From contig OZ245049.1 of the NCBI GenBank assembly GCA_965224465.1, positions 1,770,001 through 1,802,000 of the forward strand: a stretch of DNA of 32,000 nucleotides. The letters are read 5' to 3'. The stretch is from Flavobacteriaceae bacterium (GTDB taxonomy: Bacteria > Bacteroidota > Bacteroidia > Flavobacteriales > Flavobacteriaceae). A program made the translations under genes and the position numbers. The notes under the pieces were generated by a model. The model did no database searches. It saw nothing but the letters and a program-made list of their open reading frames with translations, and was not told the DNA's origin. Below, in pieces: positions 18,934 through 27,321 of this stretch (within the stretch, counting starts at the first letter, position 1; each line of letters opens with the position of its first letter).

Positions 18934-19203
18934 AATCGAGTAGACGGCTCCAACAAACATAGCTGGAAGGCGCCTCTCACACCACTGTACATACGAGAAC
19001 TTCGCTCATTCATTTAATTACAAGTATAAAAACACTTCTAATTCTCATGAACCTATACGGAGGTGTAAAAAATTAAAGTCTTTATATTATTGACATCCCA
19101 TTTCTTATTGATTTTTACCGAAAAATCATGAGGTAACGTAAAAAAACAAGGAGACAACAGTTTTAACAAAAAGTATTTCGAATTGATTTTTTCGAATTCA
19201 ATA
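18934..19203 (+). repeat. Conserved inter-cassette 3' module, copy 1
   Basis: Aligns with 21749-21814 plus 22117-22357, for example AATCGAGTAGAC..CTCCAACAAACATAGCTGG.AGGCGCCTCTCACACCACTGTACATACGAGA and ACTTCGCTCATTCATTTAATTA... It starts 11 nt after the cassette stop codon. No ORF. Confidence 0.8.
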
Positions 19204-19357
19204 ACACCAAATACATTTCCAAGTGACGGATTAGAAATGTAATTATATTTTTTTAGCTAAGCGAAAAATGGATAGATAGCCATCGCTATCGTTCTATTTT
19301 TTAACAACGCTAGCACGTAAAATAAACTATTTATATCTGTTGTTTTGGATTGTAATT
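19204..19357 (+). mobile_element. MITE copy E (GT subfamily)
   Basis: ACACCAAATACATTTCCAAGTGACGGATTAGAAATGTAATTATA...GATAGCCATCGCTATCGTTCTA...TGTTTTGGATTGTAATT. Confidence 0.85.
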
Positions 19358-19446
19358 TATTAGGCCATGTCTCTCCAAATACAACTGAGGTTTACACGAG
19401 GACCATTGTCATAAACAAAAAGAATATAACACTCTTGAAAATTTAA
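19357..19446 (+). pseudogene. Tyrosine recombinase C-terminal remnant (copy 2)
   Basis: It reads LLGHVSPNTTEVYTRTIVINKKNITLLKI*. It has the same junction with the MITE end as copy 1. Confidence 0.6.
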
Positions 19447-19584
19447 AAAAATTAGATATCTTTAACAAGAAAATAACTAGCCCCTCATCCAATTAATAGG
19501 GATAACGGATTAGCGTCAACTTTAAGACTGGTGTTTTCGATATATGGGAGTTGTTGTAATACATTACAGAAAACAATATACTAA

Positions 19585-21738
19585 ATGAAAAAAAGCGAGA
19601 AAATTATAATTACAACTATTCTATCTCTTTTTCTTGGAGTTTTAATATTCGGACATCATTTTACTACCCCGCTATTAATTAGCACATCTATTCTAAGTCT
19701 TTGCTACATCGTAGGTGGATTTTATTTTTTAAATTATCAAAATGACAAAGACAAACTAAATATAATAGCAGGAATAATTTTAGGCTCTGCTCTTGGTGTT
19801 TTCACATTTACGTTATGGCTTCCAGTATCTGTTTTCCGTAAGATTTTAGTATCCATAAATATCATGTTTTCGATTCTATTAATTGGATTTTGGATTTATA
19901 AAAAACATAATTTTAATAAAAAACTTAAATATATACTTTTCAGGTCTATAACTATAGCTGTTTTTACTTCATTTTTCTCTTTATCTAGCGTTCATTTTAA
20001 CGCATACAGGAATCTATTATTAAGAATGCTTACTCCTGATTCTAATCTGTCTAATAACTTATTAATGTTTGAAAAAACAGGTGAGTATAACGACTTTATG
20101 AATTTAAAAAAATATGACTTAGCTATTGTTAAAGCCAAAGAAGCAATCTTATGTGGCAAAAAACGGAAAGATTATGACACTTTATATTATCAAGATTTCT
20201 CTGGAACTTATAAATATTTATCAAATGCTTATATAGCAAATGGAGATAAGTTTTTCGATAAAAATGACTTTAAGAATGCTTTATCTAATTATATAAAAGC
20301 AGACAGCGTTTTAACACATAAAGAACATAAGCCTAAATACGTGAAATCAACAAAAACATATATTTACTGGAATCATTATAATCTATTATTAACATATAAT
20401 AAGCTTTTAGATTATGACAATTATGATTCTGAACTTGATTATTTAGTTGATAATTATTTAAAAGTTAAAGACACTTGTGATATCGACTATCATCATATAT
20501 TAAAAAACGCATCTAGTAATTATTACACTCGCTCATATTACAGTGATGCAATAGACCTAAATAAAATGTCTTTAATTATTTTAAATCAAGACAGTGTTAA
20601 TAATATAGATTTATTTAAGAGCACCTATGTTCGATTAATTAAAAATTATTTAATTACTGACAGCACCGAAACCGCAAAAAAATATTTAAAAAAATATGAA
20701 AAAATAACTTCAAATAACGACTGTCGATATCTGTTTTACAAAACTAGAATTCTCCAAAAAGAAAACATTAAAGAAGCTTTAGAGATTGCTAAAAAAACTA
20801 GCGAATGTTTTGAACAAGCAAACAAACCTTTAAGTTTGTATGCTTCAAATCTATTATTACTAAAATTAGAACTTGAAAACTCAAATTACAAGAACTTTGA
20901 AAAGCAACTAAAAATTACTCAAGATTTAATTTCACAAACTAATAATAAAAGATATAATCAATCATTTATAGATGAATTATTAGGTTATTATAATTCTATA
21001 AAGGGTAATTATATTAACTCAAAAAAGTACTATATAAAAGCTCTTAATAATCCTAAAAATTTTGAAGGAGTCCAAAAAAAATCACTTGAATTAAAAATAG
21101 CACAAATAAATGACGAGCTAGATATTAATTATGATAAAAAGAGCCTTAACTTAAATATTCTGAATTTTTTGTCAGAGCATGAGACCAATTATCCAAGCAC
21201 TACGACTTTTCATAACAATTTAGGGAACATTAACATTGGATTCAATTCAAAACTATCTGATTCTATTTTTAAAGTAACGATTGAATGCCATAAAAGATTT
21301 GGAATAAACAAATCTGCTCAATTAGGAATCGCTTACAATGGTCTAGCAACAACTCAATTACATCGTAAAAAGTACAAAAAATCTGATTCCTTATACTTAA
21401 TTGCTATTAAAAACCTAGATAAATTTTATGGTAAACAACAAAATGTAAATCAACTTATATGTTATTTAAATATTATTGAGTTAAAGTTAAATCAAAAAAA
21501 ATATGATACAGGTTTAGATTTCTTAGAAAAAGCCCGCTTAACGAAGCTAAATTGCTTCAATAAAGAAGTAACAATATATGATGCATATCTACTAAATTTA
21601 GAAGGGGATCTAATTAGAGTGAACAAAAAAAACAAAACTCTATCAACTGACAAATACAATCAAGCATTAGATATAGCAAAGAATTATTTTAATGATACTC
21701 ATAGATTTATAAAAAAACTCAAGAATAAAATACAATAA
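19585..21738 (+). CDS. Multi-pass membrane protein with long TPR-like helical-repeat C-terminal region
   Basis: 717 aa. About 5 hydrophobic helices lie in the first ~140 aa. Y/N/K-rich repeats of about 34-40 aa with A/L/Y periodicity follow. The sequence is extremely AT-rich and no catalytic motif was recognised. Confidence 0.6.
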   Translation: MKKSEKIIITTILSLFLGVLIFGHHFTTPLLISTSILSLCYIVGGFYFLNYQNDKDKLNIIAGIILGSALGVFTFTLWLPVSVFRKILVSINIMFSILLIGFWIYKKHNFNKKLKYILFRSITIAVFTSFFSLSSVHFNAYRNLLLRMLTPDSNLSNNLLMFEKTGEYNDFMNLKKYDLAIVKAKEAILCGKKRKDYDTLYYQDFSGTYKYLSNAYIANGDKFFDKNDFKNALSNYIKADSVLTHKEHKPKYVKSTKTYIYWNHYNLLLTYNKLLDYDNYDSELDYLVDNYLKVKDTCDIDYHHILKNASSNYYTRSYYSDAIDLNKMSLIILNQDSVNNIDLFKSTYVRLIKNYLITDSTETAKKYLKKYEKITSNNDCRYLFYKTRILQKENIKEALEIAKKTSECFEQANKPLSLYASNLLLLKLELENSNYKNFEKQLKITQDLISQTNNKRYNQSFIDELLGYYNSIKGNYINSKKYYIKALNNPKNFEGVQKKSLELKIAQINDELDINYDKKSLNLNILNFLSEHETNYPSTTTFHNNLGNINIGFNSKLSDSIFKVTIECHKRFGINKSAQLGIAYNGLATTQLHRKKYKKSDSLYLIAIKNLDKFYGKQQNVNQLICYLNIIELKLNQKKYDTGLDFLEKARLTKLNCFNKEVTIYDAYLLNLEGDLIRVNKKNKTLSTDKYNQALDIAKNYFNDTHRFIKKLKNKIQ

Positions 21739-21748
21739 TAACGCACTA

Positions 21749-22357
21749 CAATCGAGTAGACAACTCCAACAAACATAGCTGGCAGGCGCCTCTCACACCA
21801 CTGTACATACGAGAGGAGAGTTTTATTTTAAAAAAACCAGTGGAGCTGATAACGTATAGCTACTTGTAAAAAGGTATTGAAAAATAATTTTAGTAGTATT
21901 GATAATGTTACATCGGAGGATGTCTTTTATGCAGTATATATGTTCAAAAGCTGCGAGAATAGGAACGACCTTAGGAGGGACGCGCAGTTTTGGATATGGT
22001 TTTTAAGAAGGCTTTTTTGCCGCCTTAAAAAATACCTCATAAAAGTCTCCTTTTTTGGTTCGTTTTTTGGAGAAGCAAAAAATGAACATACAGGATAAAA
22101 TGACGTCAATGGTAGAACTTCGCTCATTCATTTAATTATAAGTATAAAAACACTTCTAATTCTCATGAACCTATACGGAGGTATAAAAAATTAAAGTCTT
22201 TCTATTATTGACATCCAATTTCTTATTGATTTTTACCGAAAACCCATGAGGTAACGTAAAAATAAGGAGTCAACAGTTTTAACAAAAAGCACCTGATTTT
22301 TTACCGACAAAACGGTTAATAAAAAGTATTTAGAATTGATTTTGTCGAATTCGTGTA
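21749..22357 (+). repeat. Conserved inter-cassette 3' module, copy 2 (carries 302-bp and 37-bp insertions)
   Basis: Same sequence as 18934-19203 but interrupted at 21815-22116 and 22290-22326. It starts 11 nt after the cassette stop codon. Confidence 0.8.
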
Positions 22358-22513
22358 ACACCAAATACATTTCCAAGTGACGGATTAGAAATGTAATTAT
22401 ATTTTTTAGCTAAGCGAAAAATGGATGGATAGCCATCGCTATCGTTCTATTTTTTTAACAACGCTCACACGTAAAATAAACTATTTATACCGGCTGTTTT
22501 GGATTGTAATTGG
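22358..22513 (+). mobile_element. MITE copy F (GT subfamily)
   Basis: ACACCAAATACATTTCCAAGTGACGGATTAGAAATGTAATTATA...GGCTGTTTTGGATTGTAATTGG. Confidence 0.85.
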
Positions 22514-22674
22514 GACAAGAAGCTAAACCAAAGAAAAAGCATAAAAACCAACCAGCTCAGAGACTTTACAAATAAACAATTCCTCAAGAAATATTTTAGA
22601 GAGAAAAGACATACACGCGTCTAAATGGCTCGATTATTGAAGTGTGAGCAGGATATAATGAATTTATTTTTATC

Positions 22675-23895
22675 ATGAAAAAACTGCTATATTTTCTATT
22701 CCTAACCCCTTTTATTCTTGTAACATGTAAGTTAGAAAAGGAAACATCTATAAAAAAAAGGGCTACACATGTGGGTACATACCAAGGTATTTTACCCTGT
22801 GCCGATTGTCTAGGAATTAAAACAACCATCGAACTCACAAAAAACAACTGTTATGTTTATACTACAGAATACCTAGATAAAAAACCAAATATTTTTGTAG
22901 AAAAAGGAAATTACACCTTAGACAAAGACATTCTTAATCTCCCTTTAAGTAATCAGGAAATTCTACACCTAAAAATTAAAGAAAACCAACTGATATACTT
23001 AGGCAGAGATACCATTGTAAACACAGGGTCTTTGGCTGCCTTTTACATCTTAAAAAAGCAAGTATCGAATAACACTACGTTTAGTGGTAGTTACAAAACA
23101 GAAACTAAAACAGGAACTAGCCCCCTAACATTAAGTATAGAAAAAAAAGACGACACATATTCCGTACATATAACAGGTACTAAAACAAAAGACACCTGTA
23201 ATTTTTACGGACAAGGATTTGTTAAAAACGACACCCTTTTCTTGAGTAAATCTCCAAAGAACAAACGCATTTCAATAGCAATAACAGCAGTCAAAAACAA
23301 CAATGGTCTGCACATATCCTCAATAAAGCCTGAGGGACAATTTGCTTTGACGCACTACTGCGACGACAAAATATCCATCGCAGGAACGTACCTGAAATTT
23401 GACGAAGCCTTTCTTATAACAAAAAAACAAGTCGGAATGTTCAATCCACAAATGAGCATTGAAGACATTCTAAACAGACTTCCTGCTGATCAAGTTAAAA
23501 AAAAAGTTGGTCATGGAGAGTTTAAAGATGATCTTTATGATGATTATGAAATTTACGACACCGAGCACAAACTATTAGTGACCATAAGTCCAAAAAAACA
23601 AGGAGATACCCAACAAAAAATAAACCGTATCACTATTCAAAGTCAGTTGTATCAAACAGTCAAAGGAATTAATAAAAACACTACTTATGGAACTGTTGAA
23701 CAAGCGTATTTTATAGACAAAATAGTCCCAACAAGAACACATATCATTTTAGAAATAAAAAGTATAAATGCCTGGCTAAGCATCTCTAAATCAAAATTAG
23801 AAAAAGGATGGTGGGATGCAAACAAAAAAACCATTGACACCCATAAAATCCCAAAATCAGCAACAATAGATCAATTCTACATTTGGTGGAATTAA
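22675..23895 (+). CDS. Lipoprotein with NlpE-like N-terminal domain
   Basis: Signal peptide with lipobox LVTC. YQGILPCADCLGIKTTIEL resembles the NlpE N-terminal CxxC motif. The remaining ~300 aa are uncharacterised. Confidence 0.6.
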   Translation: MKKLLYFLFLTPFILVTCKLEKETSIKKRATHVGTYQGILPCADCLGIKTTIELTKNNCYVYTTEYLDKKPNIFVEKGNYTLDKDILNLPLSNQEILHLKIKENQLIYLGRDTIVNTGSLAAFYILKKQVSNNTTFSGSYKTETKTGTSPLTLSIEKKDDTYSVHITGTKTKDTCNFYGQGFVKNDTLFLSKSPKNKRISIAITAVKNNNGLHISSIKPEGQFALTHYCDDKISIAGTYLKFDEAFLITKKQVGMFNPQMSIEDILNRLPADQVKKKVGHGEFKDDLYDDYEIYDTEHKLLVTISPKKQGDTQQKINRITIQSQLYQTVKGINKNTTYGTVEQAYFIDKIVPTRTHIILEIKSINAWLSISKSKLEKGWWDANKKTIDTHKIPKSATIDQFYIWWN

Positions 23896-23974
23896 TATCT
23901 ACGACCAAATACTCTGCTTAATATAAAGCTGAGAAAAACCTTTTTCTCAACAGACGGTTATACACGAAATCACC

Positions 23975-24007
23975 ACCGCTAAATTTAAAAACTTAGCGGT
24001 TTTTTTA
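23975..24007 (+). terminator. Intrinsic terminator after the NlpE-like gene
   Basis: ACCGCTAA-N10-TTAGCGGT followed by a T7 run. Confidence 0.75.
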
Positions 24008-24060
24008 TGCCTGTTTTTTAAAAAGAGCTAAAAACACCGAGCCTACATTCTTCCACAAAA

Positions 24061-24163
24061 CAATTACAATCCAAAATAAACTATCTAAATAGATTATTTT
24101 ACGTTCTAGCGTTGTTAAAAAATAATTCCATTTCTAAACCATCACTTGGAAATGTATTTGATA
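24061..24163 (-). mobile_element. MITE copy G (103 bp, internally deleted form, inverted orientation)
   Basis: The reverse complement reads CAAATACATTTCCAAGTGATGGTTTAGAAATGGAATTATTTTTTAACAACGCTAGAACGTAAAATAA...TTTTGGATTGTAATTG. It lacks the ~49-nt central block TAGCTA..GATAGCC..GTTCTATTTT. Confidence 0.8.
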
Positions 24164-24292
24164 TAATTAGTGCTTTGCGAGCAATTCAAAAAGACCTACA
24201 ATTACCACGTCCCTTTAACAAATAATTAAGAGTCTACACGCACACTTTTTTTTAAATTGCATCTATAAAAATCTGATATCAAATAAAGCAAT

Positions 24293-26785
24293 ATGAAGTT
24301 CACCCTAATCACCAAAATTCTAGCATTTATGCTCATTTTTGGAATCACCAGTAACATTGATGCGCAACGCAAAAAAAAGCGTAAAAAAAAATCAAAAACA
24401 GAAGTCGCTGCCCCCAAACCTAAAAAAGGAGCTATACAAGCTTACAGTAAGGTAATCACAAAAAAAACAATCACGGATGAAGGCTTGTTTAAAGTTCATA
24501 GGAATGACGAAAAATATCTTTTCGAGATTCCTGATAGTTTATTAGAACGAGAAATGTTAATGGTTACTCGTATTGCAAAAACTGCTTCAGGAATTGGCTT
24601 TGGAGGAGGAAAAACCAATACACAAGTATTAAGATGGCAAAAAAAAGGAAAAAAAATTGTATTACGAGTAGTTTCGTATGCGGTGGTAGCCAATGATTCT
24701 TTACCTGTACACGAAGCCGTTGTAAATTCAAATTTTGAAGCTATACTTTACACCTTTCCAATCAAAGCATTTGGAAAAGATTCTACTTCTACAGTAATTG
24801 ACGTTACCGATTTATTTTCTAAAGACGTCAAAGCCATTGGTTTCCCTGTAAGACAACGTAAACACTACAAAATATCTTCTTTAAACAGTCAAAACTCGTT
24901 TATCGAAAGCATAAAAAGTTACCCCTTAAATATAGAAACACGTCATATAAAAACCTATAACGCATCCGCTGCACCATCCAATAGAAGCACAGGAAGCATC
25001 TCTGTAGAAATGAGTAACTCTATGATTTTGCTGCCAAAAACACCTATGAAACGTCGATTTTTTGACGAGCGTGTGGGCTGGTTTACTTCAAGACAAACAG
25101 ATTATGGGCAGGAAGCACATAAAAGTAAATCAATAAAGTTCTTAGACCGATGGAATTTAGAAGTTAAAGATGAAGATCTTGAAAAATTCAAAAGAGGAGA
25201 ACTGGTAGTTCCTAAAAAACAAATTGTTTATTATATAGACAGAGCTACACCAACAAAATGGGTGAAATACATTAAACAAGGCATCGAAGATTGGCAAGTA
25301 GCCTTTGAAGCAGCAGGTTTTAAAGAAGCCATTATTGCTAAAACACCTCCTACAAAAGAAGAAGATCCAGATTGGAGTCCAGAGGATGTTCGCTATTCCG
25401 TAGTCCGTTATTTGGCATCTCCTATTCCAAATGCCAATGGACCTCATGTAAGTGACCCTAGATCGGGAGAAATTTTAGAATCTGACATCAACTGGTATCA
25501 CAATGTGATGACTTTATTACACGACTGGTATTTTATACAAACAGCTGCTATAAATCCAGACGCTCGCGGAAATGAATTTAAAGACGAAGTAATGGGAAGG
25601 TTAATTCGTTTTGTATCATCACACGAAGTAGGACATACCTTAGGTTTACCTCATAATATGGGAAGTAGCTGTGCGTATACCGCAGAGAATTTACGTAGCG
25701 CTGCATTTACCAAAGAATTTGGAACAGCACCTTCTATTATGGACTATGCGCGTTTCAACTATATAGCGCAACCAGAAGACAAAGGAGTTGCCATGATGCC
25801 AGAAGTAGGAATTTATGACAAATACGCCATCAGTTGGGGATACAGACCCATTCCTAACACGACAGAATCTGAAGAAAAACCAACTTTAGACGCATGGATT
25901 TTAAAACATGCAGGAGATCCTTTATATCGTTTTGGACAACAACAATCTGGAGAAGTAATAGATCCGAGCTCTCAAACAGAAGATTTGGGATCAAACGCAA
26001 TCATCTCTAGCCAATATGGAATTGCCAATTTAAAACGTATTGTACCTAAGTTGGAAGAATGGACTTCAGAAAAAGGAGAGAATTATGACAATTTAAAAAC
26101 CATGTACGGGCAAGTAATAATTCAATTTGGTCGATATATGGGACATGTTACGGCTAATATTGGAGGTGTTTATAAACATACAAAAACCAGTGACCAAGCA
26201 GGAGCTGTATACACCTATGTATCTAAAGACCATCAAAAAAATTGTTTGAAATTTATTCAGTCAGAATTGTTCAAAACACCACTTTGGCTATTGGATGACA
26301 CTATTTTTAATAAAATAGAATATTCAGGAGCCATTGAACGTATTCGTAAATTACAAGTAAAATCGTTGCATGCTATTTTAAGTATTACACGCATGGCGCG
26401 CTTGATAGAAAACGAAGCTAAAAACGGTTCAAATGCATATACTTTAGCTGAAATGATGAGCGACTTACGAAAAGGGATTTGGAAAGAAATATACACTGGA
26501 AAAACATCCGATGTATACCGTCGTAACTTACAACGTGCTTATGTGGAAGAATTAGGTCGTTTAATGACTTCCAAAAGTGTCCAAAAAGGTTCTAATTACC
26601 GAGGATACCGAAAAACCACGGCAGTAAACACCAATCAATCTGATATTAAAGCAATGGTTAGAGGCGAATTAAAACGCTTGCAGCGCGATGTTAAAAAAGT
26701 GATGTATACTGGAAATACAACTACTAAATATCATTTACAAGACATAGAAGAACGTATTGATTTGATTTTACACCCGATTAAATAA
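24293..26785 (+). CDS. Secreted zinc-dependent metalloprotease (met-zincin type)
   Basis: 830 aa with a signal peptide, a lysine-rich linker and the HEVGHTLGLPHN zinc site. Confidence 0.85.
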   Translation: MKFTLITKILAFMLIFGITSNIDAQRKKKRKKKSKTEVAAPKPKKGAIQAYSKVITKKTITDEGLFKVHRNDEKYLFEIPDSLLEREMLMVTRIAKTASGIGFGGGKTNTQVLRWQKKGKKIVLRVVSYAVVANDSLPVHEAVVNSNFEAILYTFPIKAFGKDSTSTVIDVTDLFSKDVKAIGFPVRQRKHYKISSLNSQNSFIESIKSYPLNIETRHIKTYNASAAPSNRSTGSISVEMSNSMILLPKTPMKRRFFDERVGWFTSRQTDYGQEAHKSKSIKFLDRWNLEVKDEDLEKFKRGELVVPKKQIVYYIDRATPTKWVKYIKQGIEDWQVAFEAAGFKEAIIAKTPPTKEEDPDWSPEDVRYSVVRYLASPIPNANGPHVSDPRSGEILESDINWYHNVMTLLHDWYFIQTAAINPDARGNEFKDEVMGRLIRFVSSHEVGHTLGLPHNMGSSCAYTAENLRSAAFTKEFGTAPSIMDYARFNYIAQPEDKGVAMMPEVGIYDKYAISWGYRPIPNTTESEEKPTLDAWILKHAGDPLYRFGQQQSGEVIDPSSQTEDLGSNAIISSQYGIANLKRIVPKLEEWTSEKGENYDNLKTMYGQVIIQFGRYMGHVTANIGGVYKHTKTSDQAGAVYTYVSKDHQKNCLKFIQSELFKTPLWLLDDTIFNKIEYSGAIERIRKLQVKSLHAILSITRMARLIENEAKNGSNAYTLAEMMSDLRKGIWKEIYTGKTSDVYRRNLQRAYVEELGRLMTSKSVQKGSNYRGYRKTTAVNTNQSDIKAMVRGELKRLQRDVKKVMYTGNTTTKYHLQDIEERIDLILHPIK

Positions 26786-26804
26786 GGTGACAACAACTTA
26801 ATCC

Positions 26805-26880
26805 TATAATGTCGCATTATATGGTTTATTTTCCACAACCAATTTGTAAAAAATAAACCATATAATGATGCGACGTTACA
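26805..26880. repeat. Long imperfect palindrome (about 27-bp arms, 16-nt loop)
   Basis: TAATGTCGCAT-TATATGGTTTATTTT ... AAAAATAAACCATATAATGATGCGACGTTA, with a single 3-nt bulge. Confidence 0.7.
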
Positions 26881-26928
26881 AAAACAAATGGGTCTTAAAA
26901 TTATCCATTCCAACCCCTTATATTACTA

Positions 26929-27082
26929 ATACCAACATTTTCAAGTCACGGTTTAGAAATGGAATTATTTTATGTTTTAGCTAGGCGGAAAATGGATGGA
27001 TAGCCTTATTGTTCTATTTTTTAACAACGCTAGAACGTAAAATAAACTATTTGTATTGGTCATTTTGAATTGTAATTGGTAT
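26929..27082 (+). mobile_element. MITE copy H (GG subfamily), flanked by TA on both sides
   Basis: ATACCAACATTTTCAAGTCACGG...GTTCTATTTTTTAACAACGCTAGAAC...CATTTTGAATTGTAATTGGTAT. Confidence 0.8.
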
Positions 27083-27113
27083 CATTAGTTAGCGTGGTAC
27101 AAAACAGGATTTA

Positions 27114-27160
27114 AAGAAAAACAGCGCATTCCTTTTAGCAAGGAATGCGCTGTTTTTTTT
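27114..27160. terminator. Bidirectional intrinsic terminator between convergent genes
   Basis: AAAAACAGCGCATTCC-N8-GGAATGCGCTGTTTTT, with an A-run on one side and a T-run on the other. Confidence 0.85.
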
Positions 27161-27321
27161 ATAGAATAATGGTGCTTTAAAATCGAAATTATAAAAGCCT
27201 TGACATCAACATTAAATGATCGATATAAACGACATCTACTGTTTAAAAAACATGCCAATACACGTCCGACCCTAAACATAAGAATCTCTGTCCGTATAGC
27301 AAAGCACACTTTCCAATGTAC

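Noticed and set aside
18961-19075. Reading the conserved 3' module as a degenerate recombinase body (GASHTTVHTRTSLIHLITSIKTLLILMNLYGG)
   Set aside because: Only a loose H..H..HL pattern resembles the RHxxAT..L box. It requires gaps, ends in a stop, and would duplicate the LLGH region already present after the MITE. It is not convincing without a profile search.
18934-19584. Inter-cassette module as an integron attC site or CALIN
   Set aside because: It is about 650 bp, far longer than attC sites (about 57-141 bp). I could not find a convincing RYYYAAC/GTTRRRY core pair at its ends, and no IntI-type integrase is nearby. The resemblance to integrons is kept only as an analogy.
21877-22127. Two overlapping antisense ORFs (73 and 66 aa) in the 302-bp insertion
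   Set aside because: They are mutually exclusive frames over the same DNA with low-complexity sequence, and they span hairpin-forming segments. There is no support for coding.
18934-22357. Diversity-generating retroelement (template/variable repeat) explanation for the two module copies
   Set aside because: Differences between copies are a mix of substitutions and indels and are not adenine-specific. The repeats are non-coding, and no reverse transcriptase ORF is in the window.
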